From Candidatus Dormiibacterota bacterium (lineage in GTDB: Bacteria; Chloroflexota; Dormibacteria; Dormibacterales; Dormibacteraceae), in assembly GCA_035934385.1 (NCBI GenBank), contig DASYXY010000030.1:374-64373 (forward strand): DNA of 64,000 bases, read 5' to 3'. This document shows positions 26,748 through 36,255 of the stretch, in pieces. The translations under genes were made by a program, and so were the position numbers. Every line of letters starts with the position of its first letter. Positions within the stretch are counted from its first letter, which is position 1. The notes beneath the pieces are model-generated. The model was not told where the DNA came from, made no database searches, and saw only the letters and a program-made list of their open reading frames with translations.

Positions 26748-28985
26748 GTGTCGATAACAACAAAGAATGTCGAGGTCGCCGGTCGGCGGCTGTCGATCGA
26801 GACCGGCCGGGTGGCCGAACAGGCGAACGGAGCCGTGATCGTTCGCCAGGGCGACTCCGTCGTCCTGAGCACGGTGGTGATGTCGAAGGAGCCTCGGGAA
26901 GGCATCGACTTCTTCCCGCTCACGTGCGATTACGAGGAGAAGCTGTACGCAGCCGGCAAGATCCCCGGCGCGTTCATGCGCCGCGAGGGGAGGCCAAGCG
27001 AGACCGCGATCCTCGCCTCGCGGCTGACCGATCGGCCGCTGCGGCCACTGTTTCCCGATGGCTTTCGCCTCGACATCCAGGTCGTTTCAACCGTGCTTTC
27101 GGTTGACCAGGAGAACGACCCCACCATCCTGTCGATCAACGGAGCCTCGACGGCGATCGTCATCTCGGACGTGCCGTGGTCCGGGCCGGTAGGCGCTGTC
27201 CGCATGGGCCTGCTCGACGGTCACGTGGTGGTGAACCCGCCCATGTCCCGGATGGCCGAATCAGAGCTCGATCTGGTGGTTGCCGGCACGGCGGACGCCA
27301 TCCTGATGGTCGAGGCAGGCGCCAAGGGTGTCAGCGAGCAGACCGTGCTCGAAGCGCTCGAGATGGCGCACGAGGCGATCAAGCAGATCTGCGCCGCCCA
27401 GCTCGAGCTGCGCGAGCAGGTCGGCAAGCCGAAGCGAGACTACGCGCCCAACGAGTATCCAGAGCATGCGGTCGAGGTGGTCAACGAGTACCTCGCCCTC
27501 CGCCTGGACGCAGCGGCGTTCGGTCCCGACAAGGCGGCCCGTGAGGCCAGCACCGATCAGCTGCGGAAGCAGATGATGGCCGACCTTGGCGCGCGATTCC
27601 CGGACTACGCCGACATCCTGGGCAAGCTCTTCGACAAGAAGCTCAAGGACCGCGTCCGCGAGCGCATCGTCGAGGAAGGCGTGCGCATGGATGGCCGCGG
27701 CCTGAAGGACGTGCGTCAAATCACCGTCGAGGTTGGCGTCTTGCCGCGCACGCATGGCTCTGGCCTGTTCACGCGGGGGCAGACCCAGGCGCTGACGATC
27801 GCCACGCTCGGCTCGATGTCCGACCAGCAGAAGCTCGATGGCCTGACCCTGGCCGACGAGTTCAAGCGCTACATGCACCACTACAACTTCCCGCCGTTCT
27901 CCGTAGGCGAGGCGCGACCTCTGCGCGGCCCAGGCCGCCGGGAGATCGGGCATGGCGCCTTGGCTGAGCGCGCGCTGCTGCCTGTCATCCCGCCTGTGGA
28001 GGAGTGGCCCTACACCATGAGGCTCGTGTCCGAGATCCTCAGCTCAAACGGTTCCACGTCGATGGCGTCCGTGTGCGGATCGACCCTCGCGCTGATGGAC
28101 GCGGGCGTGCCCATCAAGTCGCCTGTCGCCGGGATCGCGATGGGCCTGGTCACGCGTGGGGGCAAGCATGCGGTGCTCACTGACATCCAGGGTGTCGAAG
28201 ACAACCTGGGCGACATGGACTTCAAGGTCGCTGGCACTCGCGACGGCATCACAGCCCTACAGATGGACATCAAGATCAAAGGCCTGACGCACGAGATCCT
28301 CGCGCAGGCCCTCGATCAAGCACGCGAGGCGAGGCTCTTTGTGCTCGACAAGATGCTGGCGGTGCTTCCGCGGCCGCGCACCGAGATGAGCGCTTACGCA
28401 CCGCGCATCACGACCATCATGATCAACCCCGACAAGATCCGCGACGTCATCGGCCCCGGAGGCAAGATGATCCGCAAGATCACCGAGGAGACCGGTGCGC
28501 AGATCGATGTTGAGGACGACGGCCGCGTGTTCATCGCCGCCGTCGACCAGGTGGCGGGACAGCGCGCGATCGACTGGATCAAAGGCCTGACCGATGAGGT
28601 CGAGGTCGGCAAGATCTACCAGGGCAAGGTCGTGCGCATCATGGCCTTCGGTGCATTCGTCGAGGTGCTGCCCGGCCAGGACGGACTCGTGCACATCTCC
28701 AAGCTCACCGACCACCGCGTCGAACGCGTGGAAGAGGTCTGCAACGTCGGCGACGAGATCGTGGTGAAGGCGGTCGAGATCGACAGCCAGGGCAGGCTGA
28801 ACCTCAGCCGCCAGGCCGCGATCGAAGAGCTCACCGCGCAGGGCCTGCCGATCAACGAAAAGATCAACCCCGAGGTCATGGCCGCAGCGCTGGCTTTGCC
28901 GCCGGCCCCGCGGGAACGCAGCTTCGGCGGACGCGACCGGGGCGGTCGCAACGGTGGCGGCCGGAGCCGAGGTAGGCGAGACTAG
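26748..28985 (+). CDS. pnp: polynucleotide phosphorylase
   Basis: Two RNase PH domains, KH and S1. Glycine/arginine-rich tail. Confidence 0.95.
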   Translation: MSITTKNVEVAGRRLSIETGRVAEQANGAVIVRQGDSVVLSTVVMSKEPREGIDFFPLTCDYEEKLYAAGKIPGAFMRREGRPSETAILASRLTDRPLRPLFPDGFRLDIQVVSTVLSVDQENDPTILSINGASTAIVISDVPWSGPVGAVRMGLLDGHVVVNPPMSRMAESELDLVVAGTADAILMVEAGAKGVSEQTVLEALEMAHEAIKQICAAQLELREQVGKPKRDYAPNEYPEHAVEVVNEYLALRLDAAAFGPDKAAREASTDQLRKQMMADLGARFPDYADILGKLFDKKLKDRVRERIVEEGVRMDGRGLKDVRQITVEVGVLPRTHGSGLFTRGQTQALTIATLGSMSDQQKLDGLTLADEFKRYMHHYNFPPFSVGEARPLRGPGRREIGHGALAERALLPVIPPVEEWPYTMRLVSEILSSNGSTSMASVCGSTLALMDAGVPIKSPVAGIAMGLVTRGGKHAVLTDIQGVEDNLGDMDFKVAGTRDGITALQMDIKIKGLTHEILAQALDQAREARLFVLDKMLAVLPRPRTEMSAYAPRITTIMINPDKIRDVIGPGGKMIRKITEETGAQIDVEDDGRVFIAAVDQVAGQRAIDWIKGLTDEVEVGKIYQGKVVRIMAFGAFVEVLPGQDGLVHISKLTDHRVERVEEVCNVGDEIVVKAVEIDSQGRLNLSRQAAIEELTAQGLPINEKINPEVMAAALALPPAPRERSFGGRDRGGRNGGGRSRGRRD

Positions 28986-28992
28986 ACAGCAA

Positions 28993-29742
28993 ATGGGCGG
29001 GCAGATCCGGGTCGCGGTGGCAGGACACCGCGGCCGGGTCGGCTCGGTGCTCGTCCCGGTCCTGCAAGACGAGCCCGGCATCGAGTACGTCGGCGGGATA
29101 GGGCGCGGCGACAACCTCGCCGACTTCCTCAAGGAAAGGCGGCCTCGGGTGCTCGTGGACTTCACGAAGCCCGCTGAGGCTTTGCACATCGCCCTGGCGG
29201 CTGTCGCGGCCGGAGCCTCGCCGGTCGTAGGCACCACCGGCATCCCGGCCGAGGGGGTCGACAAGCTCGAGACCGCGTGCAAAGACAAAGGCCTGGGCGG
29301 GATCGTGGCGCCCAACTTCGCGATCGGCGCCGTGCTGATGATGCACCTCGCCGAGATCGCGGCGCCTCACTTCGAGGCGGTCGAGATCATCGAGATGCAT
29401 CACGCGGGAAAGCTCGACGCGCCATCGGGCACCGCGCTCTCCACCGCCCGGCGGCTGGCGTCGAAGCGCGGTGAGAAACCGTTCGCGCACCGCAAACCCG
29501 AAAAGGAAACGCTCGCCGGCACACGAGGCGGGGAGGAGGGCAACGTCGCTGTGCACAGCGTGCGTCTGCCCGGCTTCGTCGCCGACCAGGAGGTCATCTT
29601 CGGCCTCCCCGGCCAGACCATGACCATCGCCCACAGGACTACGAGTCGCGAGGCTTATGCACCCGGAGTGCTGCTGGCGATTCGCCGCGTGGTTGAATCA
29701 CGACGCTTCTATCGAGGCCTGGACCAGCTGCTGGGGCTTTAA
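28993..29742 (+). CDS. dapB: 4-hydroxy-tetrahydrodipicolinate reductase
   Basis: ATG 28993 gives MGGQIRVAVAGHRGRVG.... EIIEMHHAGKLDAPSGTA motif. Confidence 0.9.
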   Translation: MGGQIRVAVAGHRGRVGSVLVPVLQDEPGIEYVGGIGRGDNLADFLKERRPRVLVDFTKPAEALHIALAAVAAGASPVVGTTGIPAEGVDKLETACKDKGLGGIVAPNFAIGAVLMMHLAEIAAPHFEAVEIIEMHHAGKLDAPSGTALSTARRLASKRGEKPFAHRKPEKETLAGTRGGEEGNVAVHSVRLPGFVADQEVIFGLPGQTMTIAHRTTSREAYAPGVLLAIRRVVESRRFYRGLDQLLGL

Positions 29743-29772
29743 CTAAGCGCCAGTTCGAACTAAACTGAGCGA

Positions 29773-30819
29773 GTGCCCACCCCCAAGCGATTAAACGTGG
29801 CCGTCGTCGGGGCGACGGGGATGACCGGCCAGGAAACGCTGAAGGTCCTGGCCGAGCGCAACTTCCCCGCTGAGAAAGTGGTCGCGCTTGCGTCGGAGAG
29901 ATCCGCGGGCCTGACAGTGCCCTTCAACGGGTCGCAGCTGCAGATTCAAGCGATCTCCGAGGACGCGTTCAGCGGCATCGACATCGCGCTGTTCGCGGCG
30001 AGCGCTGACATCGCGCTGATGTACGCGCCGATCGCGGCCGAGAAAGGGGCACTAGTGATCGACCTCAGCTCCGCCTGGCGCATGCGCGACAACGTCCCGC
30101 TTGTCGTGCCCGAGGTCAACGCTCAGGACCTGCGCCAGCACGAGGGTATCGTCGCCAATCCAAACTGCTGCGCCATACCGCTCACCGTGGTGCTCAAGCC
30201 GTTGCATGAGAAGGCTGGAGTCGAGCGTGTGCTCGTGTCGACTTATCAGGCCGCGTCGGGTGCAGGCCGGGCGCTCGTCGACGAGCTCGAGGAGCAGACA
30301 AAGGCAATCGCCGCCGGCACCGAGCCGCCCGTCAACGCGTATCCCCACCAGCTCGCCTACAACGTGGTGCCGGGAGGATGGCGGCCGGAAGCAGACGGCT
30401 ACAACGAAGAAGAGGTCAAGATCGTCAACGAGACGCGCAAGATCTTGCACCTGCCCGACCTGCGCATCGCCGCGACGTGCGTCCGCGTGCCGGTGCCAGT
30501 CGGCCACGCTGAATCCGTCTTCGTGGAGACTCGCGACCCGATCAGCCCGGACGAGTTCCGAACGCTCATGGGCGCGGCGCCCGGAGTGATGGTCGAGGAC
30601 GACCCGGACGCAAAGATCTATCCGACCCCGCTGCATGTCGCCGGTACCGACGAGGTCTACGTCGGCCGCATCCGCAGGGACCCTTCGGTCGCGCGTGGCC
30701 TCGCGATGTGGCTGGTGTCGGACAACATCCGCAAGGGAGCGGCCCTGAACGCCGTGCAGGTGGCTGAGCAAGCGTTGGAGATGGGAGTTCTGCGGCCGGC
30801 GGGTCGCGCCGCGAATTGA
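29773..30819 (+). CDS. asd: aspartate-semialdehyde dehydrogenase
   Basis: VAVVGATGMTGQE, active-site NPNCCAIP. Confidence 0.9.
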   Translation: MPTPKRLNVAVVGATGMTGQETLKVLAERNFPAEKVVALASERSAGLTVPFNGSQLQIQAISEDAFSGIDIALFAASADIALMYAPIAAEKGALVIDLSSAWRMRDNVPLVVPEVNAQDLRQHEGIVANPNCCAIPLTVVLKPLHEKAGVERVLVSTYQAASGAGRALVDELEEQTKAIAAGTEPPVNAYPHQLAYNVVPGGWRPEADGYNEEEVKIVNETRKILHLPDLRIAATCVRVPVPVGHAESVFVETRDPISPDEFRTLMGAAPGVMVEDDPDAKIYPTPLHVAGTDEVYVGRIRRDPSVARGLAMWLVSDNIRKGAALNAVQVAEQALEMGVLRPAGRAAN

Positions 30820-30837
30820 CGAAGGAGGCTTAGGGCC

Positions 30838-31746
30838 ATGGCCAGAGAGTTGGGTCGCCTGCTGACCGCGATGATCACCCCGTTCAAGGCCGACGGCTCG
30901 ATCGACTTCGGCGCTGCAGAGAGGCTTGCCAACATGCTGGTCGCCGACGGATCGGATGGCGTGGTCGTCTCGGGCACCACCGGCGAATCGCCGACGCTGT
31001 CAGACGATGAGAAGGTGGAGCTCGTCGGGGTGGTCAAGAAAGCGATTCCCGACAACGACGTCGTCGCCGGCACCGGTAGCAACGACACGCACCACTCGAT
31101 CAAGCTTTCCGAACGCGCGATGAAGGCGGGCGCGGATGCGCTGCTCGCGGTCGTGCCCTACTACAACAAGCCGCCGCAGGACGGCATGTACCACCACTTC
31201 AAGGCGATCGCCGAGGTGGGGCCGACCATCATGTACAACATCCAGGGCCGCACCGCGATCAACATGACCGCGGCGACCACCCTCCGCTGCGCCGCGCTGC
31301 CGGGCATCGTCGGCGTCAAGGAGGCGAGCGGCGACCTCGACCAGATGGGCCTTGTGTGCGCGGGCAAGCCGAAGAGCTTTCGCGTGTGGAGCGGTGACGA
31401 CAGCTTCACCCTGCCGCTCATGGCCGTCGGCGGCTACGGGGTGATCTGCGTCACCTCGCACCTGGCGGGCAAATCGATGAAGCGCTTGATCGAGGCGCAC
31501 ATCGCGGGCGATAACGAGACCGCGCGGCGCATCCACCTGGGTCTGCTGCCGGTGATCAAGGCGCTCATGACGACCGCCGCCAACCCGGTGCCTGTGAAGT
31601 CGGCGCTCCAGGCCATGGGCTTCCCGGCCGGGCCGTTCCGCCTCCCGTTGGTGCCGCTCACCGACGAGCAGCTGCAGTCGGTCATGAAAGTCGTTCGTGA
31701 GGCCAGCGACCTCATCACGTTCAAGGCCGGAGTCAAAGTCGCTTAA
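30838..31746 (+). CDS. dapA: 4-hydroxy-tetrahydrodipicolinate synthase
   Basis: VVSGTTGESPTLS, YNKPPQ, GVKEASGD motifs. Confidence 0.9.
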   Translation: MARELGRLLTAMITPFKADGSIDFGAAERLANMLVADGSDGVVVSGTTGESPTLSDDEKVELVGVVKKAIPDNDVVAGTGSNDTHHSIKLSERAMKAGADALLAVVPYYNKPPQDGMYHHFKAIAEVGPTIMYNIQGRTAINMTAATTLRCAALPGIVGVKEASGDLDQMGLVCAGKPKSFRVWSGDDSFTLPLMAVGGYGVICVTSHLAGKSMKRLIEAHIAGDNETARRIHLGLLPVIKALMTTAANPVPVKSALQAMGFPAGPFRLPLVPLTDEQLQSVMKVVREASDLITFKAGVKVA

Positions 31747-32368
31747 CGCCTTCGCCGAGCTCCAGGTTCTTCACGCCGAGGTGCGGGGCTGCACCAGGTG
31801 CAGCCTGCATGCCACGCGCACGCAGGCGGTACCGGGAGTCGGCCCGTGTCCCGCCGACGTGATGATCGTGGGTGAAGCACCTGGCTTCAACGAGGACCGC
31901 CAGGGCGAACCGTTCGTCGGCCCTGCAGGCAAGCTTCTCGACACGCTGCTCGGCCGCATCGGCCTGAGCCGGGCGGACGTCTACATCACGAACGTCCTCA
32001 AGTGCCGGCCGCCGCAGAACCGCGACCCCATGCCCAACGAGGCCGAGGCGTGCGAGCCCTACCTGCAGCGACAGCTCCAGCTGATCAAGCCGAAGGTGGT
32101 TTTGGTGCTTGGGCGGCACGCACTCGAGCGCCTGCTTCCTGGGCAGGGGTCGATCTCACGCATCCACGGCAGCCTCGTGCTGCGCGGTGACATCGCGTAC
32201 GTGCCGCTGTACCACCCGGCGGCGGCGCTGCACAACGGATCGCTCGTCGCCGACCTCGAGCGTGACTTCGACAGCGTGCGCAAGTACCTCGACCGATTCC
32301 TCGCCCCGCCTCCGCCACCGGAACCAGAGCCTGAGAGGCAGGAAGCCGAGCAGCTACGTCTGTTGTGA
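31697..32368 (+). CDS. family 4 uracil-DNA glycosylase (start uncertain; ATG 31697 overlaps dapA by 50 nt)
   Basis: CTRCSL, GEAPGFNEDRQGEPFVGPAGKLL, and LYHPAAAL motifs. Confidence 0.8.
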   Translation: MRPATSSRSRPESKSLNAFAELQVLHAEVRGCTRCSLHATRTQAVPGVGPCPADVMIVGEAPGFNEDRQGEPFVGPAGKLLDTLLGRIGLSRADVYITNVLKCRPPQNRDPMPNEAEACEPYLQRQLQLIKPKVVLVLGRHALERLLPGQGSISRIHGSLVLRGDIAYVPLYHPAAALHNGSLVADLERDFDSVRKYLDRFLAPPPPPEPEPERQEAEQLRLL

Positions 32369-32420
32369 TCACCCCACGAACTCCGAGCCTGCGGCTGCGA
32401 GTTCACGGGGACCCCGTGAA

Positions 32421-34076
32421 ATGACCCAAGGGCGACTCCGCTACCTGCCGCTTGGCGGCCTCGGCGAGGTCGGCATCAACATGTGGGCCCTCGAGTGGGA
32501 GGACAAGGTCCTCGTGGTCGACTCGGGCCTGATGTTCCCCCAGGACGACATGCTCGGCATCGACCTGGTGCTGCCGGACATCTCCTACCTGCTGGAGAAG
32601 GATCGAGACGTCGTCGGGATCGTCCTGACGCACGGGCACGAGGACCACATCGGCGGCCTGCCCTACGCGCTCAAACTCCTGAACGTCCCGGTCTACGGGA
32701 CGCGGCTCACACTCGGGCTGCTGAAGCCCAAGCTGCGCGAGCACCACATCCTGCGCGAGGCCGACCTACGCGAGATTCGAATCGGCGACGCCGTCCAGCT
32801 CGGCCCGTTCCGGGTGGAGGCGGTCGCGGTGTGCCACTCGATTCCTGACGCAGTCGGGCTTTCGATCGAGACCCGGGTAGGCCGTGTCGTCTACACGAGC
32901 GACTTCAAGCTGGACCCAGCGCCGCCGGACGGTCTCCCCACCGACATGGCGCGGTTCAAGCGTCTCGGCGACGATGGCGTGCTGCTCCTGCTCAGCGACT
33001 CCACCAACGCGGAGCGCGAGGGCCACTCCGGCTCGGAGCGGGACCTCCACGCGCCGTTCGAGCGCATCTTCGGCGAGGCGCCAGGCCGGATCGTGGTCGC
33101 CAATTTCGCTTCCAACATCCACCGCATCCAGCACCTGGTGCGCATGGCGATTCAGTTCGATCGGCGGGTCGCGGTGGTCGGTCGCAGCCTGCAGCAGAAC
33201 TTCAAGACCTCTCGGGAGCTTGGGTTCCTCGACGTGCCAGAGGGTCTGACGGTGCCGCTGGAGGAGGCGGATCGGATTCCGCCATCGAAGCTGCTGCTGC
33301 TGACAGCCGGTAGCCAGGGCGAGCCGATGTCCGCGCTGACCCGTTTCGCGGCCCAGCGCCACCCGCTCGTGAACGTGCGCAAAGGCGACTGGGTCGTGAT
33401 CTCCGCGCGGCCCATCCCGGGCAACGAGCGGATGGTCCTCCAGACGGTGAACAACCTGTACCGGCACGGCGCCCGGGTTTTCTACTCCGAGGTCGGCAAC
33501 GTTCACGTCACCGGACACGCGCAGCGGGCGGAGCTGCGCGAGATGCTCGACGCGGTGCGGCCGCGCTACTTCATCCCTGTCCACGGCGAGTACAGGCAGC
33601 TGCTGCAACACGCCGAGCTGGCGAAGGAAATGGGCGTCCCCGACGACCGCGTTGTCGTAGTCGAGGACGGCGAATCCGTCGAGCTCGACGCGCAGTCGAT
33701 CCAGCGGGGCGAGAAGATCAGCACCGGTCTCGTGTTCGTCGACGGTCTGGGCGTGGGGGACGTGGAGCAGGTCGTGCTGCGCGACCGCCGGCACCTGGCC
33801 GAGGACGGGATCCTCGTCGTTACGCTGGCGCTCGACCGCGACACGGGATCGCTGCGGGCAGGACCAGATCTCCTGTCACGCGGCGTCATCGAACCCGAGC
33901 TGTCCACGAAACTGATGGCCGACGCTCGCAAAGCGGCTGTGGATGTCATCCGGCGCCTTGCGGAGTCACGCGACCTGAACATCCTGCAAGAGGCGATCCA
34001 CGACGCCGTTTCCAAGACTGTGTGGCGACAGACCCGCCGCCGCCCGATGGTCATCCCCGTCGTGACCGAGATATGA
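32421..34076 (+). CDS. rnj: ribonuclease J
   Basis: ATG 32421 gives MTQGRLRYLPLGGLGEVGINMW.... Metallo-beta-lactamase HGHEDHIGG, beta-CASP and C-terminal domain. The ORF-track N-terminal extension overlaps udg. Confidence 0.9.
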   Translation: MTQGRLRYLPLGGLGEVGINMWALEWEDKVLVVDSGLMFPQDDMLGIDLVLPDISYLLEKDRDVVGIVLTHGHEDHIGGLPYALKLLNVPVYGTRLTLGLLKPKLREHHILREADLREIRIGDAVQLGPFRVEAVAVCHSIPDAVGLSIETRVGRVVYTSDFKLDPAPPDGLPTDMARFKRLGDDGVLLLLSDSTNAEREGHSGSERDLHAPFERIFGEAPGRIVVANFASNIHRIQHLVRMAIQFDRRVAVVGRSLQQNFKTSRELGFLDVPEGLTVPLEEADRIPPSKLLLLTAGSQGEPMSALTRFAAQRHPLVNVRKGDWVVISARPIPGNERMVLQTVNNLYRHGARVFYSEVGNVHVTGHAQRAELREMLDAVRPRYFIPVHGEYRQLLQHAELAKEMGVPDDRVVVVEDGESVELDAQSIQRGEKISTGLVFVDGLGVGDVEQVVLRDRRHLAEDGILVVTLALDRDTGSLRAGPDLLSRGVIEPELSTKLMADARKAAVDVIRRLAESRDLNILQEAIHDAVSKTVWRQTRRRPMVIPVVTEI

Positions 34077-34378
34077 AGCTTCCGCCGCTCGCGCTGGTCG
34101 CCCCGAGCCTTTGCCCGCGGTGCGACCAGCCGGCGATGGTCCTGGACCGGCTCGAAGACCAGCGCTGCGCGCACTGCGGGCTGCAGCTGCACCGGTGCGG
34201 CAGCTGCCACGGCGTGGCCGGCCCGTTCGACCGCTTCTGTGGCTTCTGCGGCCACGAGCTGGTGCGTGGAGAGGAGCGGGCGCCCTACTGGCGGCTCTGG
34301 ATGCTGGCCGGCCTGGTTCCTCTGCTGGCCGGGCTGGTCTACGGCGTCGTCTGGGCCGCCTCCCACCCGATCAAGTAG
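34073..34378 (+). CDS. double zinc-ribbon protein with C-terminal TM anchor, coupled to rnj
   Basis: ATG 34073 overlaps the rnj stop (ATGA). Contains CPRC...CAHC and CGSC...CGFC pairs followed by WMLAGLVPLLAGLVYGVVW. Confidence 0.55.
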   Translation: MKLPPLALVAPSLCPRCDQPAMVLDRLEDQRCAHCGLQLHRCGSCHGVAGPFDRFCGFCGHELVRGEERAPYWRLWMLAGLVPLLAGLVYGVVWAASHPIK

Positions 34379-34389
34379 GGGAGGGGACG

Positions 34390-34686
34390 TTAGCCTCCGG
34401 CGATCGCTCCCAGGATCAGGTAGGGCTCCTTCCCGGCCGCGACCTCACCAGGCAGTGGTTCGTCGATCGGATCGTCCGAATGATCTTCCTCGCACGCGAA
34501 GAACCTGAGCATCGGCCGCCGCTTCTTGGTCTTCGGGTCGCGGATCGTCCCCAGCAGCGCCGGGTAGCGCGCTTCCAGCGCGTCCAGCACCGAGCGCTGC
34601 GTGACGTCACCTTCGACTTCGAGCTCAAGCGAGCGGCCGGTGCCTGCCAGCAATTGCAGGTTCTTCGGCAGCACGACCTGGATCAC
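34390..34686 (-). CDS. MoaD/ThiS-family ubiquitin-like beta-grasp protein with free C-terminal Gly-Gly
   Basis: GTG 34686 overlaps the upstream stop (GTGA). 98 aa. [13 protein letters not shown]...[17 protein letters not shown]...[12 protein letters not shown]-stop. Confidence 0.75.
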   Translation of the reverse strand: MIQVVLPKNLQLLAGTGRSLELEVEGDVTQRSVLDALEARYPALLGTIRDPKTKKRRPMLRFFACEEDHSDDPIDEPLPGEVAAGKEPYLILGAIAGG

Positions 34687-35801
34687 GGCAGCGTCTGCAC
34701 CTCGACCGACATGACGAGCGGAAGGTCGCACACGATCGCGCTCCAGCTGTTGCCGTCATCGTTCGACGCGTACACCTGGCCGCCGCTGGTGCCGAAGTAA
34801 ATGCCGCACGGGTCGAGCCTGTCGACCGCCATCGCGTCGCGAAGCACGTTCACGTAGCAGTCCTTCTGCGGCAAGCCCTTGGTCAGAGCCTCCCAGTCGT
34901 CGTCGCCTCCCTTTCGGTTGCGGTAAACGCGCAGCTTGCCGTCCATGACGTAGTGGTGCGAGTCGCTCGTGATCGGCAGCACGTAGACGGTGTCTGGGTC
35001 GTTGGCGTTGGTGTCGACGACGAAACCGAAGTCCGTGGGCAGGTTGCCGCTGATCTCGCGCCAGTTGTCGCCTTTGTCGTCGCTCCGCATCACGTCCCAG
35101 TGCTTCTGCATGTAGAGCGTGTCCGGCTTCGAAGGATGCATGGTGATGTGATGCACGCAGTGGCCGAACTCGGCGTCGGGGTCGGGGATGTGGTTCGAGC
35201 GCAAACCGTGGTTGATCGGCTTCCAGCTCGTGCCGCCGTCGTCGGTCCTGAAGGCGCCCGCGGCGGAGATGGCGATGACGATCTTGTTCGAGTCCTTCGG
35301 GTCTTCGATGATGGTGTGCAGGCACAGCCCGCCGGCGCCAGGATTCCACTCCGGAGCCGTGCGATGCGTACGGAGTGCCGGCAGCTCGGCCCACGTCTGG
35401 CCGGCATCGGTCGACTTGAAGATGGAGGCGTCCTCGACCCCGGCGTAGACGGTATCCGGGTCTTTCAGCGAGGGCTCCACGTGCCACACGCGCTTGAACT
35501 CATAGGGATGGGGAGAGTTGTCGTACCACTTGTGGGGACCGACGTTGCCGGCGTATTCGAACTGGTTGCCGACGGTCTCCCACGTCTTGCCACCGTCGTT
35601 CGAGCGGTGCATCACCTGGCCGAACCAGCTGCTTGACTGCGACGCGTACAGGCGATCGGGGTCGGCCGGCGAGCCCTTCATGTGGAAGATCTCCCAGCCC
35701 GGAAACAGCGGGCCTTCGACGTCCCAGCTTTTCCGGGTTCCGTCCGAGTTGAGGATGAACGCGCCCTTACGGGTGCCGACCAGGACTCGCACTTTGCTCA
35801 C
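34683..35801 (-). CDS. BNR/Asp-box repeat beta-propeller protein (sialidase-fold, function unknown)
   Basis: Asp-boxes [43 protein letters not shown] 35801 lies 9 nt after GGAGG (TTG 35807 is the alternative start). No signal peptide. Confidence 0.8.
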   Translation of the reverse strand: MSKVRVLVGTRKGAFILNSDGTRKSWDVEGPLFPGWEIFHMKGSPADPDRLYASQSSSWFGQVMHRSNDGGKTWETVGNQFEYAGNVGPHKWYDNSPHPYEFKRVWHVEPSLKDPDTVYAGVEDASIFKSTDAGQTWAELPALRTHRTAPEWNPGAGGLCLHTIIEDPKDSNKIVIAISAAGAFRTDDGGTSWKPINHGLRSNHIPDPDAEFGHCVHHITMHPSKPDTLYMQKHWDVMRSDDKGDNWREISGNLPTDFGFVVDTNANDPDTVYVLPITSDSHHYVMDGKLRVYRNRKGGDDDWEALTKGLPQKDCYVNVLRDAMAVDRLDPCGIYFGTSGGQVYASNDDGNSWSAIVCDLPLVMSVEVQTLP

Positions 35802-35871
35802 GAGCAACTACCTCCACATTGACGACCGGTCGTTGGCCAACACGATAAATGACTCCCGGGGCGGGCGAAAC

Positions 35872-36168
35872 TCATCGGTTCAAGCGTTTTCCGCATTCCA
35901 CGCAAAAGCTGTGGCGGCCCAGATTGTGGTGACCGCAAAACGTGCAGACGAGGCGGCGTGGAGGATCGGCCTGCAGCCACCGTTCGTGCTCGCGGCGGTA
36001 CCAGATTCCGTCCTCGGGTCCCAGCATCCAGCGATGGCCTTCGCCGTCGAGCACTGCGAGATCGCGCACCGCGAGCCTGAAAGCTCGCGCCTGCAAACCG
36101 CCCGCGCGCCTCTCCGCGACCAGCGCTCGATATCTCGCCTCGGCTTCGGCGAATGGATCGACCGCCAC
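35872..36168 (-). CDS. small protein with C-terminal zinc ribbon (hypothetical)
   Basis: 98 aa from GTG 36168, with coding-like GC3. Ends CTFCGHHNLGRHSFCVECGKRL. No SD. Same strand as the propeller gene, 64 bp upstream of it. Confidence 0.45.
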   Translation of the reverse strand: MAVDPFAEAEARYRALVAERRAGGLQARAFRLAVRDLAVLDGEGHRWMLGPEDGIWYRREHERWLQADPPRRLVCTFCGHHNLGRHSFCVECGKRLNR

Positions 36169-36255
36169 CGAGAAAGTATCGCCCGCAGCGCGATGCCGAG
36201 GGCGGCACGCAGGCGGGGTGTAGAATCCATCGGAACCGGGCCCCGGTAACGCAGC

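Noticed and set aside
32109-32420. 104-codon N-terminal extension of the RNase J ORF. Similar extensions occur for nadE (60304-60867), the RDD protein (62262-62615), lexA (53668-53856), the acyl-CoA dehydrogenase (56767-57120) and the LOR/SDH gene (59023-59187).
   Set aside because: The extensions overlap neighbouring genes, are Arg/Ser/Cys/Pro-rich, and precede internal ATG/GTG codons that give canonical family N-termini.
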